A stretch of 64,000 bases of DNA from Candidatus Multivorans sp. (GTDB taxonomy: Bacteria > Acidobacteriota > Thermoanaerobaculia > Multivoradales > Multivoraceae), in the NCBI GenBank assembly GCA_965224025.1, contig OZ245033.1:1504001-1568000 (forward strand). The letters are read 5' to 3'. Below are positions 29,253 through 41,420 of the stretch, one piece after another. Position 1 is the first letter of the stretch. Every line of letters begins with the position of its first letter. A model generated the notes under the pieces. That model saw only the letters and a program-made list of their open reading frames with translations. It searched no databases and had not been told where the DNA came from. The position numbers and the translations under genes were made by a program.

Positions 29253-31727
29253 GTGGCTTCCGGATACGTTTCGACTTCGAGCGAGCGGCTGCCGTTGGTG
29301 CCGCTGCGGGACATGGTCGTCTTCCCGCAGATGATGGCCCCCTTCATCGTCGGGCGCCGCGGTTCGGTGCTGGCGCTGGAGCACACCCTCGGCACGGCCG
29401 GCAAGCTGATCTTCCTGGTCGCCCAGCGGGATCCCAAGGTGGACGATCCCGGTATCGACGACATCCATCCGATCGGAGTCGTCGCGCGGGTGGTTCAGAA
29501 CGTGAAGTTGCCGAACGGCAACGTGAAGGTCATGGTCGAAGGGCTGCGCCGGGCCGAATTGCGGACCCTGGAGGAAAAGGACGGCGCCTTCGAGGCCGAG
29601 GTCGAAGTCTACGAGATCCACTACCCGGCCGACGACAAGGTGCAGGTCTACATGAGCCGGCTGCTCAACAGCTTCGAGCAGTACGCAAAGATGTCCCACC
29701 ACCTGGCCTTCGAGAGCTTGATGCCGACGCTCAAGCTCGACGATCCCGACCGCTTCGCCGACGCCCTGGCGGCGCACCTGACCGTTTCCACGGCCGAGAA
29801 GCAGACCCTGCTGGAGACCTTGAATCCGTACGAACGCCTGCAGGCGGTTCACGATCTGCTCGATGTCGAGGTCGAGAAGATCAACATCGACAAGCGGATC
29901 AACGTGCAGGTCAAGAAGCAAATGGAGAAGGCGCAAAAGGAGTACTACCTCAACGAGAAGATCAAGGCGATCCACCACGAGTTGGGGCGCAAGGACGATC
30001 GCGCCGACGAGATCGCCGAGCTGAAGCAGAAGATCGAGAAGTCCGGCGCTCCGAAACTGGTGCGCGACAGGGCCGCGCAGGAGCTGCGCCGGCTGGAGGC
30101 CATGCCGCCGGTGTCGGCCGAGGCGACCGTGTCACGCAACTACGTCGACTGGCTCGTCTCGGTGCCGTGGAAGAAGCGGCGCCGCGAGCTGAAGGATCTG
30201 AAGAAGGCGGCCACGATCCTGGACCAGGGTCATCACGGGCTGGAGAAGGTCAAGGAGCGGGTGCTGGAGTTCCTCGCCGTCCGGCAACTGACGAGCAAGA
30301 CCCAGACATCGATCATCTGCTTCGTCGGTCCACCGGGCGTGGGCAAGTCGTCGCTGGCCAAGTCCATCGCCTCCGCCACGGGCCGCAAGTTCGTGCGCCT
30401 TTCCCTGGGCGGCGTGCGCGACGAGGCGGAAATCCGCGGGCACCGGCGTACGTACATCGGCGCCTTTCCCGGCCAGATCATCCAGATGATGAAGCGGGCG
30501 GGGACGGTCAATCCGGTGTTCCTGCTCGACGAGGTCGACAAGATGTCGATGGACTTCCGCGGCGATCCGTCGTCGGCGCTGCTGGAGGTGCTGGACCCGG
30601 AACAGAACGACACCTTCGTCGACCACTACATGGACGTGGAGTACGACCTCTCCAAAGTGATGTTCATCGCCACAGCGAACGTCGAGCACCCGATTCCTCC
30701 CGCGCTGCGGGACCGGATGGAGATCATCCATCTCGCCGGGTACACGCCGAACGAGAAGCTGGAGATCGCGCGCCAGTTCCTGGTGCCAAGGCAGTTGGAC
30801 AGCCACGGCCTGACCGACGATGCGATCCGGTTCGGCGACGACAGCCTCGGGTTCCTGATGGACTCCTACACCCGCGAGGCGGGAGTCCGGAACCTGGAGC
30901 GCGAGATTGCCGCCGTGTGCCGCAAGCTGGCCCGAAGGCTGGTCGAAGACGGTCGAGCCGAGAAGGTGAAGGCGAAATCGAAGAGAAGGGGCAAGAGCAA
31001 GGGCAAGGCCGCATCTTCGGCGTCCGCGATTGCCGTCGACCGGGAACTGGTTTCGGAACTCCTCGGCAAGCCCAAGTTCCGTCCTCGCAAGAAGCTCGAT
31101 CAGTCCGAAGTCGGCGTGGCTACTGGACTGGCCTGGACCCAGGCCGGGGGCGAGTTGCTGGAGAGCGAAGTCGGCCTGATGAAAGGCACCGGCAAGCTGA
31201 TCCTGACCGGCAAGCTCGGCGACGTGATGAAGGAGTCCGCGCGGGCCGCGATGTCCTATCTCCGCAGCCGCGCCGACGTGTTCGGCCTCGAGCCCGGCTT
31301 CCACGCCGACCAGGACCTCCACATCCACGTGCCCGAGGGCGCCATCCCCAAGGACGGTCCGTCGGCCGGCATCACGATGGCCTCCGCGTTGATCTCGGCT
31401 CTCCTCAGGGTACCGGTGCGGGGCGACGTGGCGATGACCGGGGAAATCACACTGCGCGGGAAAGTGCTGCCGGTTGGCGGCATCAAGGACAAGGTGCTGG
31501 CGGCGTACAGGGCCGGGATCTTCGAGCTCCTGCTTCCGAAGGAGAACGAGAAGGATCTCGAGGAAGTGCCGGAGGAGGTCCGGGAAGAGATGACGTTCCA
31601 TCTCGTCGAGTCGATGGACGATGTGCTGGAAACCGTCTTCGACGACGTCGTCCTCCGGGTGCCCGAAGTGCCGGCCGAATTCCAGAAGGCGGCGGACGAG
31701 GCCCCGCCGGCCAACGTCGCTCACTAG
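29253..31727 (+). CDS. lon: Lon protease
   Basis: [45 protein letters not shown]. Confidence 0.98.
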   Translation: MASGYVSTSSERLPLVPLRDMVVFPQMMAPFIVGRRGSVLALEHTLGTAGKLIFLVAQRDPKVDDPGIDDIHPIGVVARVVQNVKLPNGNVKVMVEGLRRAELRTLEEKDGAFEAEVEVYEIHYPADDKVQVYMSRLLNSFEQYAKMSHHLAFESLMPTLKLDDPDRFADALAAHLTVSTAEKQTLLETLNPYERLQAVHDLLDVEVEKINIDKRINVQVKKQMEKAQKEYYLNEKIKAIHHELGRKDDRADEIAELKQKIEKSGAPKLVRDRAAQELRRLEAMPPVSAEATVSRNYVDWLVSVPWKKRRRELKDLKKAATILDQGHHGLEKVKERVLEFLAVRQLTSKTQTSIICFVGPPGVGKSSLAKSIASATGRKFVRLSLGGVRDEAEIRGHRRTYIGAFPGQIIQMMKRAGTVNPVFLLDEVDKMSMDFRGDPSSALLEVLDPEQNDTFVDHYMDVEYDLSKVMFIATANVEHPIPPALRDRMEIIHLAGYTPNEKLEIARQFLVPRQLDSHGLTDDAIRFGDDSLGFLMDSYTREAGVRNLEREIAAVCRKLARRLVEDGRAEKVKAKSKRRGKSKGKAASSASAIAVDRELVSELLGKPKFRPRKKLDQSEVGVATGLAWTQAGGELLESEVGLMKGTGKLILTGKLGDVMKESARAAMSYLRSRADVFGLEPGFHADQDLHIHVPEGAIPKDGPSAGITMASALISALLRVPVRGDVAMTGEITLRGKVLPVGGIKDKVLAAYRAGIFELLLPKENEKDLEEVPEEVREEMTFHLVESMDDVLETVFDDVVLRVPEVPAEFQKAADEAPPANVAH

Positions 31728-31776
31728 GAATCTGCGCCCCCGGGCAGACTCCTGAGAGACCGGGAGGAACGGGACC

Positions 31777-32394
31777 GTGAAGGTCCGCAGCGCGCGCTTC
31801 GTCATCTCGGCCGTGCGGTCGGCCGATCTGCCCAGAGACGGTCGCCCCCAGATCGTCTTCGCCGGGCGGTCGAATGTCGGCAAGTCGAGCCTGATCAACC
31901 GGATGCTCGGGCGCAAGGACCTTGCGCGCACGAGTTCCAGGCCGGGGCGTACCCGTACCGTCAACTTCTTCCTGATCGACGAGTCGTGGTACGCGGTGGA
32001 CCTGCCGGGCTACGGGTACGCGCGGGTTTCGAAACGCGAGCGGGAGGCCTGGGGCCGGAACGTGGACCGGTACCTCCGGTCGGCTGCGGGCTTTGCCAGG
32101 GTGGTGCTGCTGGTGGATGGTAAGGTCGCCGGCACACCACTCGACTCCGAAGCGTACGCGTACCTTCGCAGTCTGGAGTTCGATCCCGTGGTTGCGGTCA
32201 CCAAGATCGACCGTGTCAAACGCGGGGCTCGGGCCCGAACCCTTGCCGAGGTTGCAGAGCTGTTGGGAATGCCGTCCGGGGCGGCGCTGTTTCCCGTGTC
32301 GTCTCGAACCGGTGAAGGAGTCGCGCGGCTGCTCGGAACGTTGCTGAACCCGGAGTTCAGCCCCGGTGGCGCACCACAGATGCCGAGGACCTGA
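31777..32394 (+). CDS. engB: Ribosome biogenesis GTPase EngB/YihA/YsxC
   Basis: [20 protein letters not shown]; follows lon. Confidence 0.95.
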   Translation: MKVRSARFVISAVRSADLPRDGRPQIVFAGRSNVGKSSLINRMLGRKDLARTSSRPGRTRTVNFFLIDESWYAVDLPGYGYARVSKREREAWGRNVDRYLRSAAGFARVVLLVDGKVAGTPLDSEAYAYLRSLEFDPVVAVTKIDRVKRGARARTLAEVAELLGMPSGAALFPVSSRTGEGVARLLGTLLNPEFSPGGAPQMPRT

Positions 32395-32398
32395 GAAG

Positions 32399-33745
32399 AT
32401 GACGACGAACGGAACCCGGGAAGCGACGCGTAGTGGGAATGGAGGCGCGCGGGCGGCTGCCAGCGCCGAGCTGGCCTTCGACCTGAAGGCCCTGAAGGAG
32501 TTGAGCAACCGCGACCTCCTCAAGCTGGCGCGCGAGCTGGATGTGGTGGGGGCGGCCGGCATGGCCAGGCAGGAGCTGAGCTTCAAGATCCTGGAGGCGC
32601 AGACGGAGAAGAGCGGGCTGCTCTTCAGCGAGGGCGTGCTCGAATGCCTGAGCGACGGCTACGGCTTCCTGCGGGCCCCGGAGTACAGCTACCTGCCGGG
32701 TCCGGATGACATCTACATCTCGCGCAGCCAGATCCGGCGGTTCGATCTGCGTACGGGGGACACGGTTTCCGGTCAGGTACGCCAGCCGATCAACAAGGGT
32801 GAGCGCTACCTGGCTCTGATCAAGCTGGAGGCCGTCAACTTCGAGCATCCGGATGCTGTACGCCAGAAGATCTTCTTCGACAACCTGACTCCCCTGTACC
32901 CGGATCAACGGCTCCGGCTGGAAGTTCCCGGCGACCTCTCCTCGCGAGTGACGGATCTGGTGGCGCCGATGGGCAAGGGCCAGCGCGCCCTGATCGTGGC
33001 GCCGCCGCGCACCGGCAAGACGATGTTGCTGCAGTCCCTGGCGCGCTCGATCGCGACCAACCACCCGGAAGTCGTGCTCGTCGTCCTGTTGATCGACGAG
33101 CGGCCCGAGGAAGTGACCGACATGGAGCGTTCGGTACTCGGAGAGGTCGTGTCGTCCACCTTCGATGAGCCCGCTTCGCGCCATACGCAGGTTGCGGAGA
33201 TGGTGATCGAGAAGGCCAAGCGGCTGGTCGAGTACGGCAAGGACGTGGTCATCCTGCTCGACTCCATCACGCGGTTGGCGCGCGCCTACAACACGGTGCA
33301 GCCCCCGTCGGGCAAGGTGCTGTCCGGCGGCATCGACGCCAACGCGCTGCAGCGGCCGAAGCGCTTCTTCGGCGCCGCCCGGAACATCGAGGGCGGCGGC
33401 TCGCTGACCATCGTCGCCACCGCGCTGATCGACACCGGCAGCCGGATGGACGACGTGATCTTCGAGGAGTTCAAGGGCACCGGCAACTCGGAGTTGCACC
33501 TCGACCGGAAGCTGGTCGACAAGCGGATCTTCCCGGCCATCGACATCGACAAGTCGGGCACGCGCAAGGAGGAACTCCTGCTGTCGCCGGACGAACTGCA
33601 ACGGGTCTGGGTGCTGCGCAAGGTGCTGAACCCGCTGCCGGTGGTGGAGAGCATGGAAGTCCTCCAGGAGCGGCTCAAGAACACGCCCTCGAACGCGGAC
33701 TTCCTGGCGGCCATGTCCCGAGGCGCGCGAGGAGCCGCGAACTGA
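32399..33745 (+). CDS. rho: Transcription termination factor Rho
   Basis: [43 protein letters not shown]. Confidence 0.98.
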   Translation: MTTNGTREATRSGNGGARAAASAELAFDLKALKELSNRDLLKLARELDVVGAAGMARQELSFKILEAQTEKSGLLFSEGVLECLSDGYGFLRAPEYSYLPGPDDIYISRSQIRRFDLRTGDTVSGQVRQPINKGERYLALIKLEAVNFEHPDAVRQKIFFDNLTPLYPDQRLRLEVPGDLSSRVTDLVAPMGKGQRALIVAPPRTGKTMLLQSLARSIATNHPEVVLVVLLIDERPEEVTDMERSVLGEVVSSTFDEPASRHTQVAEMVIEKAKRLVEYGKDVVILLDSITRLARAYNTVQPPSGKVLSGGIDANALQRPKRFFGAARNIEGGGSLTIVATALIDTGSRMDDVIFEEFKGTGNSELHLDRKLVDKRIFPAIDIDKSGTRKEELLLSPDELQRVWVLRKVLNPLPVVESMEVLQERLKNTPSNADFLAAMSRGARGAAN

Positions 33746-33771
33746 GTTCGCCGCTCCGGCCCCGCGTTGCC

Positions 33772-35049
33772 GTGCTGCCGACCGCGCCGTCCTCGGTGCT
33801 GGCCGACTACCACGAACTGCTGAACCTCGCGGGCTACCGCGAAGTCGTTGATCCCTCCGTCGACACGGCGCTCAAGATCAACATCTCCTGGCACTTCTTC
33901 TTCCCTGGCAGCTCGACCACGCCCTGGCAGCTCGAGGGCGTCGTGCGGGCGATGAAGAGCGACGGCTACGACCCCGGTCTGATCCACGGCTGTCACAACC
34001 GGACCGTGGTCATCGACGCCCGTCTCGGCGAGCGGGAGAACAGGCAGATCGACGTGATCAGGGCCCATGGCCTGCGCAACGTCCACCTCTACGAGGAGGG
34101 CGAGGAGTGGCTGGAGGTACGGGACGCCGTGGGCGATCTGACCGAGCGCTTCCTTTGCCTCAACGACGTCTACCCCCGGGGCTTCCACATTCCGGCGCGC
34201 TTCGTGGGCGAGAACATCATCCACCTGCCGACGGTGAAGACCCACGTCTTCACCACGACGACAGGCGCCATGAAGAACGCCTTCGGCGGCCTGCTCAACG
34301 AGCGGCGGCACTGGACCCATCCGGTGATCCACGAGACGCTGGTCGACCTGCTGATGATCCAGCAGCACATACACCGGGGCGTGTTCGCGGCCATGGACGG
34401 GACCTTTGCCGGGGACGGACCGGGCCCGCGCTGCATGATTCCCCGGATCGGCAACGTGATCCTGGCCAGCGCCGACCAGGTGGCCATCGATTCCGTGGCG
34501 GCGAAGCTGATGGGCTTCGATCCGCTACAGGTCCGGTACATCCGGCTCGCCCACGATCTCGGTCTGGGCTGCGGCGATCCGCGAGAGATCGAAGTCGTCG
34601 GTGATCCCGCGGTTGCCGGCAGGAGCTGGGGATTCGTGGGGCCGTTCCGGAAGATGACCTTTGCGGCGAGGATGCAGCACAAGATCTACTGGGGGCCGCT
34701 GCGGCGTCCGGTCGAGTGGTCGCTGCGCACCTTCCTGGCGCCCTGGGCCTATCTGGCGAGCGTTCTCTACCACGACTCGTTCTGGTATCCGTACAAGGCG
34801 AAGCGGCAGATGGCAGAGGTCCTGGCCAGTCCCTGGGGCCGTCTGTTCGCCGGCTGGGACAAGGCGAAGGCCGATGCGCGCGGCTATGCCGAGACCCCGG
34901 CCGCGCCGGCCGCTCTGTTTCGGACCGGCTGGCGCGCCTTCGTGACCTCGCTCGGCATTCTCTGGACCTGCCTGCGCGAAGCTCCCGAGTTGGCGGTGCG
35001 TCTGACCAGGCGCTCGGGCGCAACCGGCGTTCACGGTTCGGGTTCCTGA
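33772..35049 (+). CDS. DUF362 domain-containing protein
   Basis: LKINISWH, HLPTVKTH, TTTTGAMKNAFG, MDGT, DQVAID; true start may be CTG at 33742. Confidence 0.82.
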   Translation: MLPTAPSSVLADYHELLNLAGYREVVDPSVDTALKINISWHFFFPGSSTTPWQLEGVVRAMKSDGYDPGLIHGCHNRTVVIDARLGERENRQIDVIRAHGLRNVHLYEEGEEWLEVRDAVGDLTERFLCLNDVYPRGFHIPARFVGENIIHLPTVKTHVFTTTTGAMKNAFGGLLNERRHWTHPVIHETLVDLLMIQQHIHRGVFAAMDGTFAGDGPGPRCMIPRIGNVILASADQVAIDSVAAKLMGFDPLQVRYIRLAHDLGLGCGDPREIEVVGDPAVAGRSWGFVGPFRKMTFAARMQHKIYWGPLRRPVEWSLRTFLAPWAYLASVLYHDSFWYPYKAKRQMAEVLASPWGRLFAGWDKAKADARGYAETPAAPAALFRTGWRAFVTSLGILWTCLREAPELAVRLTRRSGATGVHGSGS

Positions 35050-37301
35050 GCCGGCACGCTCAAGGTTCGATCGGCGGGCGGCCGTGGCGGGAAGCCGGCG
35101 CCGCGCTGGTTGTTGTGTTCGCCCTGGCGGCAACCGTCTTCCATGTGGGGACCTTCCATCACGGCGCCGCGGCGGCGTCCCAGGTCACGGGCGCGGTCCT
35201 GCTCCTGGTCCTTGTGTGCTGGGGAAGAAAGGCGTTTCGTGATCCCCTGGCGCTCGCAACGGTGCGGGCGCGTTGGTGGCCGGCGCTGCCGGCAGCGCTC
35301 TGGCTCTCGGTCGCGGCAAGCTGGCTTCTGTCTCCGGTCGGGCGCGCCGGGGAGTCGATGGTCATCTTCCTGTTGCCCGCGGCTTGGGCGGCGGCGGGAA
35401 TGGGACGCCTGCTCGGTCGGCCGGGGGCGCGGCGATGGGCTCTCGCCGGTTGTGCGGCCGTCGCCGTGGCGGCGTCGATCTGGGCCCTGATCCAGCAGCC
35501 GCTGCACGAACAGGGCCGGGCGGCGCTGCCGATCGGCCATCACAACCAGTTGGCTCTGGTCCTCGTTGCGCTGTTGCCGCCGGCGGTGCTCGGCGCCTGG
35601 CGTCTGCCGTGGCCGGGCGGCTCGCGGGCGCGCTGGACCGCGGCGGTCCTCGTGGGCGCCATCCTGATCTGGACCCTGAGCGCCACGGGCGCCATGTCGG
35701 GTTTGCTGGCGCTGGCGCTTCAGGTCGGCGCGGCAGCGGCATGGACCCTGTGGCTGACGGGCGCTCGGAAGTGGCTGGTCCGGATCGGCGCCGTCCTGGT
35801 CCTCGTCGCCGCGCTGATGCTGACCGCGAGCTGGGCGGTTTCGCGGCTTGAAGTACCCGGCCCGGTCCAGCGCCTGGGAGCGGTGCTGCGGCTCGAAGAC
35901 CCGTCCCTGCTGTCGCGACGAACCTACGCCGCCGCGGCGAAGGACGGCTTCGCCGAGCGGCCGATCCTGGGCTGGGGTCCCGGCTCGTCGAGCTGGACCC
36001 TCGCCCGCCACTGGCGGCCGGCGCCCGGCGTGCATCCTCCCGGCGAAGTGATCACCGATGCCCACAGCCTTCTGGCGCAGGCTCCGTACGAACTGGGGGT
36101 GATCGGTTCGCTGTTGCTGCTGGCCGTGATCCTTCGCTACGGCCAGCGACGGCTGGTCGAACTCATCCGGTTGCCGGCGCTTCGCGAGGATCCGGCCGCC
36201 GTCGACCTGCCCGTGGGCGGCTCCGGGAGGGAGGCCGGGTCCAGGGATCTGGTCAACGATCCGGAACTCCTGGCGGCGGCGATGCTCGGTTTGCTGGGTA
36301 CGGGAATCTGCCTGATGTTCGGGGTCTTCGTTGGTGTTGTGGCGGTGCCCGCCGCACTGATTCTGAACCTGGGATTGGCCGCGGCAGCGCGCGGTGCGGG
36401 GACCGGTGCAGAGGGCCTGCCCATGAAGTGGCCATGGCCGCGGGCTCGCGTTGTCGTGTTCCTCTGGTTGGCCGCGGCATTGGCTTGGTCACTGGAGCGG
36501 GCCTGGGCGGCGAGGTCCTACGAACGCGCGATCGGGGCCGCCAGCGCCGAGATCGGTGCGGCGGGATTCTCCGACGGTGTGGCGACCGAGGCCCTGGACG
36601 GCGACCCGTCGGAGGAAGCGATGGTCCACCTTCGGGCGGCGGTGGCGGCGGATCCGCGTTTTCCGCTCTACCACGTACGCCTGGATCCTTGGGCGGCCGC
36701 CAGGGCCGCCGACGGGCTCGCGCCGCTCTGGTTGCTGGCCGGCATAGTGGAGAGCGAGGACACCGAACGGAGACGGGAGGCCCTGGAGCGGGCCTGTGAC
36801 CTCGATCCGCTGTCGGCGCTTGCGCCCTTCGAACTGATGCGCCTGGAACGCGAGGCGGGCGCCGGGGCGGAGGAACCGCGGGTTGCGGAACGGGCGGCGC
36901 GGGCGATCCTCGCCGAGCCGCTGCTTCTGGCGGCGGTCGCCTTCGAGGGAGACCCCGATCTGCGGGGTGAGGTCCATCGCCGGATCCGGGTCTGGCCGGG
37001 CCTGCCGCCGGGCTGGTCCGAGTCCTTCGAGGAGTTGTGGCTGGGGTTGGATTGGTCGAACGGAGCTGAAGGTCCGCCGCGGGATGTGCTCTCCATCGAC
37101 GCCGACGGCCGGGCGGCGGTCTCCTTCAGTCTGTTCGCCTTCCGCCGTCCGCCGTGGCCGCTCTCCATCGGCGCCGTGCCGCTCCGCAGCCACCGCCTCG
37201 AGGCGATCGCCGCCCACGACCTGCCGGCCGCGACCCGGTTGCCCCAGACTGCGCCGAATCCGTTCTGGAGCGCGCGCTGCGGGCTGGGCGAGGAGGCCTA
37301 A
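35046..37301 (+). CDS. O-antigen ligase (Wzy_C) family membrane protein with C-terminal TPR-like region
   Basis: Many TM helices, LPIGHHNQLA, RPILGWGPG, DAHS...ELGVIG; start uncertain (CTG 35046 or GTG 35115). Confidence 0.8.
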   Translation: MSRHAQGSIGGRPWREAGAALVVVFALAATVFHVGTFHHGAAAASQVTGAVLLLVLVCWGRKAFRDPLALATVRARWWPALPAALWLSVAASWLLSPVGRAGESMVIFLLPAAWAAAGMGRLLGRPGARRWALAGCAAVAVAASIWALIQQPLHEQGRAALPIGHHNQLALVLVALLPPAVLGAWRLPWPGGSRARWTAAVLVGAILIWTLSATGAMSGLLALALQVGAAAAWTLWLTGARKWLVRIGAVLVLVAALMLTASWAVSRLEVPGPVQRLGAVLRLEDPSLLSRRTYAAAAKDGFAERPILGWGPGSSSWTLARHWRPAPGVHPPGEVITDAHSLLAQAPYELGVIGSLLLLAVILRYGQRRLVELIRLPALREDPAAVDLPVGGSGREAGSRDLVNDPELLAAAMLGLLGTGICLMFGVFVGVVAVPAALILNLGLAAAARGAGTGAEGLPMKWPWPRARVVVFLWLAAALAWSLERAWAARSYERAIGAASAEIGAAGFSDGVATEALDGDPSEEAMVHLRAAVAADPRFPLYHVRLDPWAAARAADGLAPLWLLAGIVESEDTERRREALERACDLDPLSALAPFELMRLEREAGAGAEEPRVAERAARAILAEPLLLAAVAFEGDPDLRGEVHRRIRVWPGLPPGWSESFEELWLGLDWSNGAEGPPRDVLSIDADGRAAVSFSLFAFRRPPWPLSIGAVPLRSHRLEAIAAHDLPAATRLPQTAPNPFWSARCGLGEEA

Positions 37302-37309
37302 AGCGGCCC

Positions 37310-37978
37310 TCAGGCGGCCCCGGTGGTCCTGGCGTCGGTCGCGACGACGCGGTTGCGGCCGGCTCTCTTCGCCGCGTACATCGCATCGTCGGCCTGACGC
37401 AGCAGCCGCGTGGCGGCGCCTTCCTCGGAGTCGGCCCGGTTGAGGGTGGCGGCGAGGCGGAGCAGGCTGGCGGCGCCGATGGAGCAGGTCAGGTTGACCA
37501 CGGGTCGAGAGCCGGGCGCCGGGTCACTGGAGAAGAGGGTCGACGCCACATCGCTGCGTAGGCGCTTGGCTCGACCGAACGCCTGGTCGAGGTCGATTCC
37601 GGGCAGCACCAGCACGAACTCGTCGCCGCCGTAGCGCGCGGCGAAGCCGCCCGCATCGGCGGCGGCCGTGTCGAGCAGCGTCGCGACCTGACGGAGGATG
37701 CGGCTGCCGGCCTGGTGACCGTGCCGGTCGTTGACCCGCTTGAAGTAGTCGAGGTCGAGGAACAGCAGGCCGACATCCTCGCCTCGCTGCTCGGCATCGG
37801 CTATTGCCGTCGAGAGAGCGTCGTGGAGAGCGCGGCCGTCGGAGAGACCGGTCAGACTGTCCCGCCCCTGAGCCGACGCCTCGCGGCGAGCAACGACCAC
37901 TCTTCGCAGCGCGACGGCTGCCTGAGCCGCCAGCGTTCGGGCCGCCGCGTCAGGCGGGGACATCGGAGATTCGCTCAT
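37310..37978 (-). CDS. Diguanylate cyclase (GGDEF)
   Basis: DSLTGL, FLDLDYFKRVNDRHGHQAG, RYGGDEF, ADDAMYAAK. Confidence 0.92.
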   Translation of the reverse strand: MSESPMSPPDAAARTLAAQAAVALRRVVVARREASAQGRDSLTGLSDGRALHDALSTAIADAEQRGEDVGLLFLDLDYFKRVNDRHGHQAGSRILRQVATLLDTAAADAGGFAARYGGDEFVLVLPGIDLDQAFGRAKRLRSDVASTLFSSDPAPGSRPVVNLTCSIGAASLLRLAATLNRADSEEGAATRLLRQADDAMYAAKRAGRNRVVATDARTTGAA

Positions 37979-38039
37979 GCCGGCTCCTGAACTGCGCATT
38001 GGACGCCAAGAACGGCGCGCGGGTGTGGGCGATGAGCTT

Positions 38040-38470
38040 ATGCCCTCCGTCTACCCGGGCCAGGCTGGTACCGTGCAGGCTGGTGACTCGGCCGCTCAGA
38101 GGCGTTCCCCCACTCCAGAGGTCCCTGGGCCGGGACCATCTTCGGCATTCCGGGTCCGCGGCGCCGGCCGTCGACTTTCCGAACGTTGCCGGTCGCAGCG
38201 TCGTCCAGTGCCTTCGTGGGACTGGAGCGGGTCGCCCCGCCGGTCGACGAGACGGAGTGGTCCGCCTTTGCCGGCTTCGTGCGCACTGCCTTCAGCCAGC
38301 GCCGCGAGACGCTGCTCAACAACTTCCGGCCGACCGTGGGTCGGGCAACCGCCGAAGCGGCGCTCGCGGCACTGGACCTGCCGCGCAACATTCGGGCCGA
38401 GGGCCTTGGCCTGCCTGAGTTCGTTGCGCTCTTCCGCGAGATGAAGCACGCTCGTCGGGAGTCGTACTAG
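38040..38470 (+). pseudogene. rsmA: Internally deleted, frameshifted duplicate of rsmA
   Basis: 38040-38200 matches 41376-41540 and 38207-38447 matches about 41969-42209; the central ~430 bp including the SAM motifs is absent. Confidence 0.85.
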
Positions 38471-38633
38471 AAATCACTCAGTCGGCCCCCAGCTTGCGCG
38501 AGCCGGCTCGCGGCAGGCACACTCGCGGTTCACACGAAACAGCTCAAGGACGGAACGGATGCTGGAACTTGGTCTTGAAGGCAAGGTGGCGACACCCGTC
38601 CTGATCCGGCAAGCCTCTCAGGAACTCCGCCCT

Positions 38634-38662
38634 TCAGGCTCATCTCCGGATTGGAAAAGACT
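38634..38662 (+). mobile_element. Isolated terminus of the rve-type IS family
   Basis: tcaggctcatctccggattggaaaagact matches 11623-11651 and the reverse complement of 58689-58719. Confidence 0.65.
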
Positions 38663-38730
38663 TGCCGCCAGGGAATAGCGCGGCATACGGGCTGCCGACC
38701 GGCCGCCACATTCTCGACCCGGCCGCGACT

Positions 38731-41318
38731 TCACCGGTGTTGCGCTGCACTTCCTCCGAGCACCACGTAGGTAGTCAAGCCGGAATCCACGGTGGCCGCT
38801 CCCGTCAATCCAGGCCAAGCGGCAGCTTCGACGCTCCAGGACCCCTGCGGTACGCGGTCGAACCGGAACTCACCGACCGAGTCGGCGTATGTCCGGTGCA
38901 CGAGGTCAAACCGGTGCGCCTCGTAGCGGGTCACTTCGTTTGGCCAGATCAGCACCTCCGCGCCCGCGGCCGGCGACTTCGTGCCGGCCGTATCGACCCT
39001 GCCCCGGATCACGCCGCTCCGGAGCTCTATCGCGAGGTATTCGTCGCCCCGCACCGACACTTCCCGAACGCCAGCGCCGACACCCAGGAGGTAGCGACCT
39101 CGATCCAAATCGCCGAAGGCGAAGGAACCGTCGAATCCGGTCCACGTCCGGCGCGCGGAAGTCCAATCGGCCCCCTCGATCAGCACCACCTGGTTCGTCC
39201 GAAAGGGCAAGCCATCGAGCAGGACCACGCCTTCCACCTTGAACCGGCGTTCGAAGCGAAGGACGACATCCACGTCCCCACCGCCGGTCAGCACTCGTCG
39301 ATCCGCTCGCCGCTCACTGCCACCGACCGTAGCGACCACCACCCACAAGCCGGCGGTGACATCTCCGATCTCGAACCGACCGTCTCCGCCGACCTCGGCC
39401 ACGCGATGGTCGAACTCATCCGCGTTCACCGCCTCGACAAGCAGGCGGTCGAGCTCATCGGCGCCCAAGCCTTCGACGCGACCAGTGAGCCGCGAACCGC
39501 GACGAAGACGGATATCCGCATTCGACAAGGGGCCCGCGACCCGCAACCGGCTCAGCGCGCGGCCCCCCCCTCCCTGCTCAGGTCGCGCGGATACCACGTG
39601 CTCGCCTTCCTCCAACTCCACCTCGAACGAGCCGTCGTACTCCACGCGTGCCGTCGCTCCAGTGCGCATGTCGAACGAGGACCTGAACAGCAGTCACCGT
39701 TCCAGACGGCTGTGCCGTCGTTCCAGGTAGCACGTCCCGCCACCCGGAACCGCGAGATGTCAAAGTCGACCCGCCTGGAAGGACCGTCTATTCGAACCTT
39801 GCGGGTCCGCGGCATGTATCCGTTGTCCGGCTGCACCCAGACGACGTGGGGACCGGAACTCAGTCCCTCGAACCGGTACTCGCCAGTCACGGCAGTGCTC
39901 GCGCTCCGGCTGCCCACCTGAACCGCGATGCCGCGGACTCCCGCGCCGCCAGCGGTCACGCGTCCATGGAGGATCCGATCCTGGTCCTCCGGTTCAAGTT
40001 CAATGTCGAGTTCCAGTTTCTCGCCCGTAACCGCCGTCAACGACCTTCGCCACCGCTTGAGTCCGGCATCCTCAGACCCGGTCACCGAGTACCGACCCGG
40101 CGCCAAGTCTTCGAAGGAGAACGATCCGTTGGGGTCCAGAAGGGCCCTCATCTCCGTTTCGCCCGTCTGAGATCGTAGGCTGGCTCCACCGCGAGCCGGT
40201 TGGCCGCCACTACGCACCCGGCCCGCGATGGAAGCTCCTCGCCGCAGGACCACGTCGACCGGCCGTTCGGCCGACAACCGCTCGACCACCGTCGGGACGA
40301 ACCCGGGGGCGCCCACCAACAAATCGACTCTCGCGCCCTCTGGCAGCCCCTCGATCTGGAACTCGCCCTGTTCGTCGCTGCTCAACTCCAGCGCATTCCG
40401 GAATCGGTGGCTCACACCATCACGCGTCCCGAGCGCTCCGCGGCTCTTCGAGCCTGCCACTCGGATCCGCGCTCCGGCGACGGGCTGGCCCGATTCAGCC
40501 AACACCACACCTCCGAGACTGAGCCCGCGAGTCAGTTCCACGACACCCACGTCAAGCCCCCCGTTCCCGACTTCGACACTTCGCAGTTGAAGCTGGGCCA
40601 TGCCGCCGGCACGAACCAGAATGTCCCAGCTTCCGGGCCAGGCGGACACTTCGAACAAACCGTCAGCCCGAGAGCGGCCGCTCCGAACGCGCCCGAACGG
40701 GCCGTCGGCGCCATCAGGGACCGGGCCGAGAATCAGCGGCCGCCTCTCAGAGACGAAACGCCCGACACTGACTTCGGCCCCGCTCAGGGGCACGCCGCTG
40801 TTCCCGTCCACTACCTGGCCCGTCACGGCGGCCCCCCGGTCAAGCCGAATCCGGAGGCCATCCTCGTTTGCAAAGGACTCGACCGGCTGACGGCCCACGG
40901 GAAGGTAGCCGAGCCGCGTCGCGCGAAGTCCGGCGAAGTCGAAGACCGATGCGTTGATTCTCGCCCCCACTCGATCGGTCGCGAACCGGCCATTCGCATC
41001 GGAACGCAGCAGCAGTAGCGAGGCGCCGGGGGCGCCCGGGACGTCGCCCCGAATGACCGTTGGAGAACTCCGGGTGTCCACGAGAGAGTTTTCTGCCGAC
41101 TCCATCCAGTCGATGAGAATCTCGGCGTCGGTTACGGGTTGGCCCCCGCTGTCCACTACCGATCCACGTATTTTGCGCGCCGGCCGGAGGGTCGGGCAGG
41201 GTGAGGCGCCGTGATCCGCAAGTCCGTTCCCGGGAGCTTTGAGGAGTCCGTCAGTGCAGCGAGCGTAACCGTAGCCAGCAGCCGCAAACCAGAGCGCCTC
41301 TCCTTCGAGGAGTTCCAC
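38731..41318 (-). pseudogene. Carboxypeptidase-regulatory-like (CarboxypepD_reg) repeat protein, frameshifted near 39690 and lacking a clear 5' end
   Basis: Repeated IxGxVVDxxGxPV / SDxxGxFxIxxL / PGxYxV units across ORFs 39552..41318 and 38731..39669. Confidence 0.75.
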
Positions 41319-41420
41319 AGCGTAGGCGCTGACTTCACGGTGACTTTGGAATGGTCCTGAGTGGCTCAGCTGCCCATGCCCTCCGTTCCCTTGGGCGCGA
41401 GGCTGCTACCGTGCAGGCCG

